Shown in pieces: positions 33,310 through 46,296 of a stretch of 64,000 nt of DNA. The translations under genes were made by a program, and so were the position numbers. The notes below the pieces were generated by a model. It had not been told where the DNA came from, ran no database searches, and saw only the letters and a list, made by a program, of their open reading frames with translations. Every line of letters begins with the position of its first letter. Position 1 is the stretch's first letter. The DNA lies in NCBI GenBank assembly GCA_048128005.1, contig JBEUKZ010000019.1, forward strand, positions 310,001 to 374,000, read 5' to 3'. The stretch is from Veleropilina oligotropha. Its lineage: Eukaryota.

Positions 33310-36300
33310 AATAATATGTTTAGTTGCTGTTTAGTAATTGACAGTTAAACCAATGGACCCTGTATATAATGCAAATGTAATAACCTTTTTTAAGTCCATT
33401 AAATTGACTTAGTCAATAAAATCTGACCTTTGGCCAAATGAAGTTTGAATTGTGTTTAGTCTTTTAAAAATAGTTATAAGCCTCAATTGAAATTCAGTAT
33501 TTGCGAGTCGCAGTCTAATGTTCGATTTCACTTCATTCTCTAACTTCAAGATCTCTAACGATTTTGTCAAATGTAAGCCATTTGAATTGGTTTGCCAATG
33601 TTTCATTTCACATCTTAAATCTATGAATGATCATATTGCGACATGTCCGTAGCGCTGCAATATTGTGAGAGCATTTAAGCCTTGGATATCCTCGTCAGGC
33701 CATGACCTACCATGACTGATAAATATGAAGTGCCTTCGACTGGGATTCACAGTAGTCGTGTTGATAGTATTTCAGACACCCTGATTCAACTTACTTGCTT
33801 CCAAGCCGTCATTAATAAGTGTATTATCAGTGAATGTTTCCAGTATAAAAATTTGCTCAGCTGATACTAATTTAACATCAGTCTGACCAGTGTATGATGA
33901 CATCTTGTACCATAGTACGTTACCAGTGTATTTCCCTGGTGTAATCAGAATATTTCCAGTGTCTTTCCAGATTGTTGCCAGTGTCTTTCCAGATTGTTGC
34001 CAGTGTCTTTCCAGAGTGTTACACACGGTTACAGTGCACGTTTAAAGATCATATTCCCTTACTGTAAAACGCTAGTAATTGTTACCAGTGTATTGCCCCC
34101 CAGTTCATATTCAGTGTGTTACCAGTGTATTGTCATATAATCAAGAGGTTGATTTTCTTCACAAATGTTGTCAGCCTATAACCAGAAAATAGCTGACAAC
34201 AATCTGACATTCTTTGAAATCACTGCTAGTTTCAGTGTATCGTCAGTGTAATGTCCGCTAAATAAGTTAATGTCAGTGTAATACCAGTATATTGTCATTT
34301 GTAAGATGGAAAATATTTCAGAAAAATTAGTTTTTATTAAATAAATTGTCAGTCAGTCTCACACTGACAATTGTTTCTTTATGCCAGTTGCATGTCGGAT
34401 CTGGTAACACACTGGTATGAAACTGACAATACACCTAATATAATCTGGAAATAGACTGATATTTAATGTCAGTGTAATACCAGAGCTGACAAGACACTTA
34501 CAATACACTGACAATATACCAGGAACAATCTGAAAGTAGACTGACATTAAACTGATATCAGTCTGGCAACCCTTACGAAATGGGTTTCTAGCAACACAAT
34601 GACAATAAACTAACTTTACACTGACATCTAGCTGACAGTACCCTGGTGATAGAACAAGATCACTGGCAATATGCTGACAACACACTGGACATAGACTGAC
34701 AACAAAAAATGCATTTCTGGCAATAGCCTGGCAGTGTTTCCAGTGTGATGTCAGTTTCTGGATACACACTGATAATAACTGACAAGACAATGGCAGGAAA
34801 TGACATGATTATATTGTGAAGAAGTCTGATCTGACATCACACTGGTCAGAAATTTACTTTATTACTCACATTGTTTTCATATCTGACAACACACTGGTAT
34901 GACCAAAACGTACTTGTATTGTGTTGTCAGCTATGAAAACAATGTAAATAGCAAGTACATTTCTGATCAGTGTGATGTCAGATACAAAATGACTGTGGCT
35001 ATAATATTAATTTAAAAGTAATTTTCTTGCCGTCAGTATTATATAAATGCCACATATGACAATCTGACAGTACTCTGGCTAAATAAGTACTTTAATATAT
35101 CCCCTGGTTTTATATCTGACATCACACTGTTCAGAAATGTACATTACTTAATAATAATTCACTGTTTTGAATTTTCATATAGATCTGACAACACAAAGGT
35201 ATGAATAAAACAGAAAATTACACAGAAAAATACTGTAATACTGCACTAATATTTATATATTTTTCATAACAAGATACTTGTATGAAAAATATGTTACCAT
35301 TTAAAGATGCAGGATCTACTTCAGATCGCTAAAACGTATTTAAATGCTGTTCTATCTTACACTTTCTGCATTGATTTATTGCATATAGTTAGGACGTTTC
35401 AGCGATTACCACACACGGCAAAATTGTTTTTCACTTAGTAATAAATATTTGAAGTTTTTTTATTGAATTATGAGCGCGCGCTCATAATTCGAGCCGACTG
35501 TACACGATATTTGTACGGAAATGGACGACGGCTTGGCGGAATCAACACGTCACTTAGCTCCGCCCTAAAATCACTCCCGCAATCTATTTATACCGGGTCA
35601 TTTCTATGTCGTCCTTGTCTGAGTTTTGTTTATATCGGTTTCCACGGTGGATGTCGACAAGAGAAATAGAGGCAGGCCGCCGTTATCGACTGTGGCTGCT
35701 TCTGATTATAAAATGGATGTATGCAAAAAATTTGAAATAACAAATAACGCGATCAATGAAAATTGGATGCGGCTACTTCAACTTGTAAACAAAAAGTGAA
35801 GCACTTGAAACAGTGAATTCCCATTCCATTACAATGTCGCGGTGCGCAATAGGCCTAATTAGTTGGTGAAATAAATATTGTTATTATGTTAGTATTGCTG
35901 CCATATACTACAATTATGAGAAACTAGCTATAATCTTCCAATGCAATACATCAATTTCAGCGAACTGCTAATACTAGTAAACACTGACCTAGATCCAACG
36001 CAATTTGCTTGCTCTGCACGTCAATCATATCGACGGGACCACGTGACGTTTGACCCAATAACGATAAATGAGATAAGATGGCGTTCGGAGGTTGACGCGC
36101 TCGAATAAAATACCACGTCGGCTGAAGCGATTATTAAATGCCAGCAACACCTTTTGTTGCATTTTAACTTTTCCTTCGTCCTAAAAACATGTCATGTATG
36201 GATACCATATCGTATTTATGGTTTTCTTTTATATGAAATATCATACGAATGTAGACTCAGCATCTTTAATAATGTTTTAAAACGTCAGTTACAGTATGTT

Positions 36301-36590
36301 ATTATTATTCATATATCTACCAATGTGCATTTGCCTAGTAGAATAAAATGCAGTGAAATTTACACATTTGCATGGATGGATCGATGTTTAATGTCCTGTA
36401 TATTTACAATTATCAGTTTCAAGGCAGGACATTTTCATATTATCGCAGGAGGAAAACCCGGTCACCCGCTCTCTCCGACCAACTGCAATTGATAACTAAA
36501 CAAAGAATGTTAATGCTCCAACCGAAATACAAACCAACTACTGTTAGCTAGCACAATCTTTCCAGTGATTTCAGAGTTTTGTATAATTGC

Positions 36591-36905
36591 TTAGTCGCTT
36601 TCAAATACATTAGGTAATTCAGAGACGTACATGTCTGAATCTAAATTCATGAACACGCATTTCAAAATTATTTGCTGAAGCAACACTGCAGAAAGCCCGT
36701 CTACAGCTTCCACTTTTGCTACATGCAGATGTACATGTTCATTACTGAGGTAATTGATGATCTTTAGAGGCTGTAAAATAGCAGCAACGAAATCACCACA
36801 GCTGCTTTCTATATCACAGTAGTATTTGATAATGCCATAACCTTGTGTATTGTCCTCGGTTCTATATTTCACTGTGCATGAGTTCCGTTTATGTACACGC
36901 GTATA
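36591..36905 (-). pseudogene. C-terminal remnant of an EnSpm/CMC-like transposase (also at ~27481-27785 with a deletion)
   Basis: KRNSCTVKY....GYGIIKYY...KCVFM...YVSELPNVFESD*, a pattern typical of animal EnSpm transposase C-termini. Confidence 0.6.
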
Positions 36906-37672
36906 TGATGTTGAATTTAATTAAAAATAGTTGACATTCAGATGAGATGCTCAATAAATAATTCCTAAGTCACAAAAATATATCTCTTGTTATATCTAAC
37001 GATATTTTAATTATGGAAGACATTCAAAATCATCAAAAAGGTGACAATCATAGAGGATGTCTCCGAGAATAAGTCACAGCTCACAAGAATTTTTAAAAAG
37101 TTCATTTAATAAGGGTATATATTGAGATTCATTAAACTAATCTGTTTATAACAATTATACAATAGGTGGCGTACCATTTTCGCAGTCGCAAATCAATCCA
37201 TTGTCTTTTGATGAATTCAAGCGTACGCCTCACAGAAGCCTATGATTTATTCGCTTGCTATGATTATGAACCGTCGGAACGCGTCGACAAACTCCGATTT
37301 CGGCATAGGCACTGTCGAAGCGCGGCCATCGATGCTTCGATGCGAGACATTATCTTTACGAGCTCTCGTCTCTGTAGTCAGTTCCAGCCGTCTCCATTCT
37401 TCGGCCCCCAGTCAGCATTCCAAATCATTTGTGTTAAGAACCGGAAGTTGTTGACGTGCGTGCGAAAAATCTCAGAATCCATATTATTTATCTTATTTTC
37501 ATTTTGTCGCATTGTATATAATATAACAATTTTAAACCAAAGCATACATTACAAAATAGACATTTTAAAATAAATAATATAAAAGTTACCAGCCGGAAGT
37601 TCCAGCTACGGCCGTTTTAATTGGTTAAAACTGTGAATTCGATTTCTGGCGCCTTTTCCAAACAACTTGAAA

Positions 37673-40600
37673 ATGGCAGCATTAATATTTTGGCATAAGG
37701 AGAAAACGTGGTCAATCCAATCAGTGAACACCATTGTGGAACCCAAGAAAGTCTACGGAGATCTGTACTAAAGAGGAGAGCAAGTGAAGGCGCGATATGG
37801 TGGAAATGTGTTTCCAGGAATACTAATCCATCTATCAAGTAAGTATATGTTAGTCTCTTAGTGGGAACAATATATCATAGCCTACGATCATCACTCATTA
37901 TTCTAAATTGTTGTAGGCTATACGAAAATTACGGACTATCGCTCGCTGTTATGGAAGTTTAATAAATAATGTACTGTTATAATTTATCTGAGAGTTGATC
38001 ATGAGCGCATTACATTTGGTAATAACAAGGGAGATAATTCAATGTGACGATTACAGTAAACAGCTAGGCTACGAAATGATACTACATTAATTTTGAAAGA
38101 TGAAAGTCGATTTCGTGATTGATGTGAAATTTTCAAATTATCAAACATTAAGTGAGCATATAAATAAAGCCTATTCCATATATCCATCGAAGTGTTCTTG
38201 TTACCAAACAAAATTGCATTGCTAACATAATAGTACATGTATAACACGTAGACCTATCAAGCAATGACATGTTTAAATAATTACATAAAGAATATATTAT
38301 TTATTATTTAGCTAATTTAATTGTGAAATGCTTGGCTACATTTTGTCTAGGTAATCTTGATATGGTGCAAATTTTGTATCATTTGCATAACAGTCCATGA
38401 AGCCGGTTTCAATATCATGGGCCACAGTTGATAATTTAAATATAAAGAAAATTACCATTATATAAGCCAATGCCCCATATTTGTATATTGTATAAAATTT
38501 AATCACACAATGACCAGATGAACCTTGACATCGAAAATAGTTATTTTTACCAATCGCTCGCCCAACGTCGTTTCTTTTGCGAGAGTCATTATTGCTATCC
38601 TCAGCATTTTCAGGAGAGTAATTTTTTACTCTCCATTTTGCAAACCATCAGCACTGGTATTGCCGCGGGGATTTGTCTTCTTCTGATAACTCTTGTTCGT
38701 GATGTCGAAGTTGCACATCCTCTTTGCCATGTCTATCAAACTTGATTGTCACTCTCAGAGTATTGCCTTTCAATCATTTAAGTTAGAAATTCAAATCGAC
38801 CCCCAGTATCTTCCACCAGAATACAATGCGGACTCAGCCTAAGTTTCTTGACTATTGATACAGGTAAACACTAGGGGCCGACTATGATCGAAAGCAGTTT
38901 AACTTAGACTGGGTTTTGGGACAAACCAGTTATGGCAAAACCTGAACCAATCGTCTAAAATAACCAGTATTACAGAAACACAGTTTACGAACACTGATGG
39001 TATAAACAACGTTATGGGCTTAAAACTGACTTTGAATCAATACCCGCCGTAACATAATTTGCCCATTCCTAATTTTTCAGAAAAATCTTAAGTCTGCGCT
39101 ATAAATAGGCGGTGAAGTTCTACATATCCCAATCGCAGCCTCACTTTGACATTGCCGATTGTGATGATGACGGACATTGCCAATTATAATTGAAGCAGAC
39201 GAGTTTGCTGAAGGTTATCATATTCAGCGAGGCAATAATATGCTTAAAAGACGGCTGCAATATAACGGCGCTTTAATTTTGAACTGACATTTAATTTACT
39301 TTTGTTTTCTTAATGTATTCTGAATGGTAAACTTTAATGGCGAAATTGAGTTTACAATATTTTTCATGGAATAAAAAAATATCATTAGGCCTATAGGTTT
39401 TCACCTATAATTTCACAGTAATTGAATCGCAGAGCGGTGTAAACCACTAAAAATCGTCATTTTACGGTATACTCCACTCGCATCGCTGTTTAACAGCGTT
39501 GACTCTCTTGTACACAAGATTTCATCAGCGCATTGAATAAAATGAATCTTCCGCATTGGAATGTTGTTCCACTTTTTCAATAGGCACTTCTTATTTGGTT
39601 GAGAGTTGGGAGAGATTCCGACCTCACCAGGAGAAGATCAGTTCGTTCCATAAATGTTAAATTACAGACAGTTTCAGTAAGTTAATGGGTTGAATCAAGG
39701 TTTAGACCTGCTTCGATCATACAGGCCTGTATGAACCATGGATTTCGCTGGTTAAGGCCTCGCAGCTAATAGGTTTCATCCACCAATCTCAAAACAGAAT
39801 TTCCTTTGTTTTTCAGATGATTGAGCTGTACCAAAATAGTGGAATATTTTGGTACAAGGGTCAGAAGGAGGCTGTTTTGTTCAACTGCCAAGAAGCTGAA
39901 ATTGCAATCAGCAAAATTATGGATGTGTTTTTTAGTAAGGAAGAATTGGCCCAAGCCAGCGTACGTGGGAATGGAAAATTCAAATCGTTGGATAAGGACA
40001 TAATCGATGCTGCATTTAGTAAGTACTGTACATTCAATTGTAGAAGCACTGTTATGACAGACTGCATGATACTTTTACATAGATTAAATTCATTTTAAAT
40101 CCTAACATTTGTCATCAACCAGATCCATCAATTGGATATTAAACGGTGCCAGGTGACCTGGTCTGGTGTTTTAATTTTGATATATATATATACCAGAACA
40201 TATTATAAGTTGTCCAGGGATGTCGCCGTAAACACTGCATTGAATACCGAATGAAGTTGTTTAATGTAATAAGGTAATTCAATGCACCGTGTTTATCAAG
40301 CCATTGCTTTACAGCATTATTTATCTTGCTTTGACAATGACAAAACTTAATAAACAAACTCCTGACTTGGCGCATAACACTGTTATTATTTATACAGCGA
40401 TGTATTCAAAATGGCAAACGAAAAACTTCTGTTATGTCTACTCAAGGATTTTCAAGTGGGAACAGTATGATTGACAGGTGACGTCAGCGCGATATTAAGG
40501 TTCATTATACCACGTCTGGCTGAAGTTTACGGAAAGTTAGTAAACTGATGACGTCACTGACTCTGGGTCCTATATATTATATACCTATCTGGGTACCAGT

Positions 40601-41108
40601 GGGGAATACGACAATTGTCAAAGGAACGTTAACCAATCAGAGTGCATTAATTTTATTAAAAGCTAAAGTAGATAATGTTTATAATAAATTATGCAAAGAA
40701 TATTAGACGTGGCCTGCTTTGAACCTGATGGTTGTAACTATACAGGCAATAAAGCATCGATCCAATTCCAATCCTGGTGAATGTTAAAATGTATGTTCGT
40801 CATTATTAAAGATCATATCATGCCTCATTTAAACCTGAAACATTCTATTTTTTACATTTAAACTTTATGTAACAATTTTGATTGTGATGAATCTTCTGTT
40901 ATCCACAGGATTTGTTCAAAGACGATACGATGTAAGCGAGGCACGTCTCGTTAAAATCATTAACGACAAATGTAGCCACCTTCGTCGGCCCAGGCGAATT
41001 GAAACTTACACTGTTACAGTAGGGAAAAGTACTTGGAAAGGAAGATGATTAAATTGAAAAGAGAAAGAAGAGAGGAGGAAACATCGCGACCAGGCAGCGC
41101 TGGCATGA
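37673..41108 (+). pseudogene. BEN-domain gene of copy B (disrupted)
   Basis: Same exons as copy A, but CAA>TAA stop in exon 1 near 37769 and indels in the last exon. Confidence 0.6.
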
Positions 41109-42434
41109 AATAATATGTTTAGTTGCTGTTTAGTAATTGACAGTTAAACCAATGGACCCTGTATATAATGTAAATGTAATAACCTTTTTTAAGTCCATTA
41201 AATTGACTTAGTCAATAAAATCTGACCTTTGGCCAAATGAAGTTTGAATTGTGTTTAGTCTTTTAAAAATAGTTATAAGCCTCAATTGAAATTCAGTATT
41301 TGCGAGTCGCAGTCTAATGTTCGATTTCACTTCATTCTCTAACTTCAAGATCTCTAACGATTTTGTCAAATGTAAGCCATTTGAATTGGTTTGCCAATGT
41401 TTCATTTCACATCTTAAATCTATGAATGATCATATTGCGACATGTCCGTAGCGCTGCAATATTGTGAGAGCAATTAAGCCTTGGATATCCTCGTCAGGCC
41501 ATGACCTACCATGACTGATAAATATGAAGTGCCTTCGACTGGGATTCACAGTAGTCGTGTTGATAGTATTTCAGACACCCTGATTCAACTTACTTGCTTC
41601 CAAGCCGTCATTAATAAGTGTATTATCAGTGAATGTTTCCAGTGTAAAAATTTGCTCAGCTGATACTAATTTAACATCAGTCTGACCAGTGTATGATGAC
41701 ATCTTGTACCATAGTACGTTACCAGTGTATTTCCCTGGTGTAATCAGAATATTTCCAGTGTCTTTCCAGATTGTTGCCAGTGTCTTTCCAGATTGTTGCC
41801 AGTGTCTTTCCAGAGTGTTACACACGGTTACAGTGCACGTTTAAAGATCATATTCCCTTACTGTAAAACGCTAGTAATTGTTACCAGTGTATTGCCCCCC
41901 AGTTCATATTCAGTGTGTTACCAGTTTATTGCTAGTGCATTACCAGTGTATTGTCATATAATCAAGAGGTTGATTTTCTTCACAAATGTTGTCAGCCTAT
42001 AACCAGAAAATAGCTGACAACAATCTGACATTCTTTGAAATCACTGCTAGTTTCAGTGTATCGTCAGTGTAATGTCCGCTAAATAAGTTAATGTCAGTGT
42101 AATACCAGTATATTGTCATTTGTAAGATGGAAAATATTTCAGAAAAATTAGTTTTTATTAAATAAATTGTCAGTCAGTCTCACACTGACAATTGTTTCTT
42201 TATGCCAGTTGCATGTCGGATCTGGTAACACACTGGTATGAAACTGACAATACACCTAATATAATCTGGAAATAGACTGATATTTAATGTCAGTGTAATA
42301 CCAGAGCTGACAAGACACTTACAATACACTGACAATATACCAGGAACAATCTGAAAGTAGACTGACATTAAACTGATATCAGTCTGGCAATACGTCAAGA
42401 TTTCGTAAGGGAATACGTCAAGATTTCGTAAGGG

Positions 42435-45270
42435 TAGCCCGGGGAACAGTACAGACCTCGTCCCAGATAATGACGCGCGGGATGAACTTCTGACCCATGC
42501 GGTCAGGCGTCCAGTCATTCTGGCCGCTCCATCGGAAGAAGCTGTGGTAGGTCTGGGCTTTGACGCCTCTGGTCCGCATCTCTTTAGCGAGGCGGTGGGT
42601 TGGTGTGAACACGACGGGATTCCTTGCCCGAAAGAGCTCGATCGCTCTCGTAGTCTTGCCACAGCCCCCTCCACCGTTGAGGTAACTCAGGCGATGGTGG
42701 GTCAGTGTGTCATTGTAGCATGGCGCGGTGCTCGGCTGGCTGGAATTGGCGGCACAACAATACTCTGGCTTGGGTAGGTATGCGGCATGTTCCTGTGGCA
42801 TATACAGCTGTTCGCCCTTGTCACGCCACTGGGCTGGTGCTACTGGCGGAAGGTACGGCTCCGCTATCAGACATGAGATGCACGATTTCTCGCCACAGCC
42901 GCAGAGTCTGGGGGCAACGTACACCGTGACATCGTCGAGCTTCTCCAACGAGGCCTTCTTGAGGTAGATGCTGTCAGTGGCTACTCGGACGGCTTCTGCT
43001 GCACTGAAACGCTGAAGCATGCTCAAGAGGTTTATGTGGGCATAGGCCAACATGGACGCCCTCAGGTGGGCGTACTGAGGCTGGGAGCCATCATAGTACG
43101 TGAGGATGTGCCCCATAGGGCATCTCTGAGGAGCGCCAACCAGGGTGCCGCTTTGGCGGGTGTCTCTTACGAGGAAGTCGAGCTCACCCTGGTCGGTCAC
43201 CAGTCTACGAGTCAATCGCTTTCCGTCAGCTTTGGCGCCTTGGGTGAATTTGCCGATGATACTGCAGCCCTGGTCACGATCCGGAGGAAGCCAGACATCG
43301 GTCTGCTTTTTGAATGCGATGATGGCTTCTCGGATCTTGAGGCTTTTTAGCAGTCCAGAGTCTATGAGGAAGGCGAGCAGCGGGGTTGGTGCCCATCCAT
43401 TCTCTGCAAAGTGCTTCCCGAACCATGCTACAATGACGGGGTGGATGTCTTGTGCGAACTCCCATTCCACGACCTCGGCAAACCCGGTACCGATTTCTCG
43501 GGGTAGAGGACCGTTAATTGCGACCCGGGTCATGCTGTGGGTTGGGTGCCCGAATCTTTCGAAGTACGGCTTAGCCTCGCCCTTCCCCAGAAAGCTGGCA
43601 GGGTAGCAGGCTTTCATGTCGATGCAGCAGACATCGCCCGTATCGTAGTTCATGGAATTCCAGAGACCGCCGTGGCCATGCTCTACACAGGCCTTCTGGA
43701 TGTCATCGAGCAGGCTCGCCGGGGTGGGTTTCCAGCCGTTGGTCTCTTTAGCCATAATGCTAGCTGCATGGTTCACGCCAAAGGCTCGATCGGCTAGGGA
43801 CTCGTTTCCCAGCGCTGTACAGGCTTCTTGGAGTATCTCGTGAGTCTCTTTTGTCCTGTACGTGCGGCCGTCCTGAAGCACGAACTGGTCCACGCCGAGC
43901 TGTCGGTCTTTACCGCCAAGGAGCCAGACAGCCAATGGCTCATTCTGGGTGGCTTGTCGGATAGCTTCCCAGACATCGCCCTCATACAGGTGGACCTCGC
44001 GAGACTGCGGAAAGTGTAGGTCCTTGGACCAGGCGTGGCCGTTGTGACAGATGAGTTCTACTGGTCTATGCCAGCCCTGGTACTTCCCACTGCTGTAGAT
44101 GTCCTCGCCGGCAATATCTCTCAGTATGATCGCCCGTTTGAGGATCCTCTCGAGGATGGATATATCATCCACAGTGGCGCCTGTTACGTGGACTCGCTCT
44201 TCCCACTCCAGTATTTTCTGCCGCCTTGTCGGGGTGAGTCCGTTTCCTCTAAGGGCACCTTCGAAGTGCTCAACCACTCGTTGGGCAACGCAGTTGAGGT
44301 CGCCGTTCTTCATCGGAACCAGGTTGGCGGGGTTTGGTTCTCTGAGAGGATAGACGCCGTAGACGACTGCAGTGACCGGGTAGGCATTCTCGTAGTAGAC
44401 CTTGTCGACCCCAGTGATAGCACCCGGCTTAGTATCCTGAGAGATCTCAAAGACACCCTGGCCCTTCTTTCTCGCAGCCTTCACCGGGTCAAACTTGTCT
44501 TCGACCACCCAGTCACCTTCACCCCACTCACGCAAGAACTTTATCCTAAGGAGAAACTCGCCCTTTGGAAGGGCTGTGAGGAGCTGTGCCGCCCTTGCAT
44601 CTGTCATACGGGCATCCAGGGCCAGCCGTCCAGCCACTTCTACCCTCCATGTGGAGAAAGCCGCCGTGGCGCCATCGACCTCAAACTCGTCTTTGGCGTC
44701 GCTCAAGAGTTCCACCCATGGCTCTTTTGCTGGGAGCCTTACTGGGGGAGGGACCTGGTCATCCAGGTCGATGAATCGTTGTCCCTCGGGTGTGGTAAAT
44801 TGCCCTAGAAGATCCTTCTGGTAGTCCTGGGCTGTCCGGGGCGTTTTGGAGATGAGAAGATCGGGCCCCTTCCGAGCAATAGCATGGGCAAGGGTCTCTT
44901 TCCGAGACCGCTTGACGATTCGATCCGTGATGGCGCGAAGTGGCTTCAGTCGAATCCTGGGATTTTTCTCAGCCTGGGATTCGTATTTACGAGCCTGCAG
45001 GGCGGCGTCGACCTCGTCCTTAATCTGCCGCAACTCGCGAGCACGTCGGCCTCTTTTGTGGGGGTTCTCCACATCTCCACGTATGGAGGGGAACCTTCCC
45101 GTTTTCATCGCCCGCTCGAGTCTGCTCCGAAACTCCGCAGCACGGACCCTGGCGATTGCCCTGACGAGGTCGTGCTTCTTGAGCTTCGACCGAGCGGGAA
45201 TCCCATAATCTTTCGCTAGATTGCGCAGGTCATCCATGTTGCTGGGGGGGTATACACTACGCCAAATCAT
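42435..45270 (-). CDS. Replication polyprotein, 5' part: HEH/Rho-N-like, OTU-like, divergent PolB core, SF1B helicase motifs I-II (interrupted)
   Basis: LRNLAKDYGI..SKLKK.DLV; GDLNC...HNGH; IDMKACYP, SIIGKF, ATDSIY; GGGGCGKT, FTPTH, IIWDE. Confidence 0.8.
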
Positions 45271-45285
45271 TTCTCTAATAGGAAA

Positions 45286-45561
45286 TTACGTGTGGTAGAT
45301 TGCAGCCATGCGGCGAAACTCTCTCTGGAAGGCCCTTTTCTTTCGTTGCCAGTCCTTAACGTCTTCATTCTGATACCCACAACCCCGGCACAACGTAAAC
45401 CGGTTAAAGACGCCTTTGCCGCATTTGATGCAGGGCTTTGTGCCCCAGCCATTTCGCCGTAGCCGAGCCAGGTGGACTTTGCAATACGTGTTCAGACATC
45501 TCTTACCACATAGCTCCGTGGAGCTGATGGTGAGCCATTGACAGGTGTCCGTTCCCCACAT
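45286..45561 (-). CDS. Small Cys/His-rich (Zn-finger-like) viral protein
   Basis: C...CGKRC...YCKVH...CIKC...CRGC pattern, directly upstream of the replication gene. Confidence 0.6.
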   Translation of the reverse strand: MWGTDTCQWLTISSTELCGKRCLNTYCKVHLARLRRNGWGTKPCIKCGKGVFNRFTLCRGCGYQNEDVKDWQRKKRAFQREFRRMAAIYHT

Positions 45562-46105
45562 CGTATCCTTTGCATTGGATATACCCGTCCGATGGGTATG
45601 TCTAAAAGAGAGCCCGGGCCGGCGAGGGTTGTGGGCCGTCCCTACGGGCTCTTACTACATACTACTATATCGGCATGTTAGACGTTGTGTAGTTATACTT
45701 GAAAGCAACATGCCGCAGGAAGACATTCCTACGCTGTACAGCGAACGGAGCTTCAGGCGCGTTAAAAACCTCTTAAACCGGGGCTATAACGTTTTGATCG
45801 TTGTACTCGACAATGGTGAACAAGCGATATATAAGAAGAAGACCAAAGACGGTAGAAAGGGAGTTGCACGAAATCAAACGCTGGCGGGCCCTCAGTGATG
45901 TCCTGTAGCCTTCGCCGGGCTGCTATTTTGCCATTCTAAAAAGTCCAATCACCCCCCCTGGCTGGGAGCCTTAATTTCCCTCGCCGCGCCCCCAGATAAA
46001 AGGTATGGTCACCCCCCCCCCTGCTGCTGCTGGTTTTATGCCTGAAAAACTGCCCCTATTAGAGTACACTCACCCCCCTGCTGACTATTCTAAGCTACCC
46101 TAGTT

Positions 46106-46296
46106 TGTACACACGGTGACTTTTTGTAATACAATCCCTACCCTCAGTCCCAAAATAGGGCTGGGAGCCTCCACGGCGGCCGCCCCGCCCCTAGTCTAAC
46201 TCCCTAGCCCTCCACAGTAATACCAGCTCAGTTCTGAAATGGTGCTGGGCGCTGTATTTTCCCATTCTAAAAAGTCCAATCACCCCCCCTGCTGCT
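46106..46296 (-). repeat. Right TIR of the Polinton-like element
   Basis: Ends ...CACCCCCCCTGCTGCT and matches the left TIR. Confidence 0.93.

Larger units (their letters stand above)
34570..42411. mobile_element. Non-autonomous EnSpm/CACTA-like transposon, copy B (7.8 kb), inserted 21 bp from the right end of copy A
   Basis: Both TIRs present, 2-bp TSD AA (34568-69 / 42412-13), near-identical to copy A. Confidence 0.85.
25452..42434. mobile_element. Non-autonomous EnSpm/CACTA (CMC)-like transposon, copy A (contains copy B)
   Basis: TIR CCCTTACGAAAT / ATTTCGTAAGGG, 2-bp TSD TA (25450-51 / 42435-36), dense subterminal CTGACA/ACACTG repeats, a transposase C-terminal remnant and a BEN gene. 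Confidence 0.82.
13552..46296. mobile_element. Polinton/Maverick-like endogenous DNA virus (~15.8 kb after removing the internal insertion)
   Basis: ~190-bp TIRs beginning AGCAGCAGGGGGGG and TSD GTATA (13547-13551 / 46297-46301). Intronless, densely packed GC-rich ORFs: capsid proteins, packaging ATPase, RVE integrase, PolB-like/helicase. Confidence 0.9.

Noticed and set aside
24413..45270. Helitron RepHel interpretation of the SF1 helicase
   Set aside because: No HUH/Y2 Rep motifs seen. The element has TIRs, a TSD, an integrase and an ATPase.
45545..45898. 117-aa plus-strand ORF near the right viral end (and 23196-23432)
   Set aside because: Non-ATG starts and no recognisable motifs. They cannot be supported from this sequence alone.
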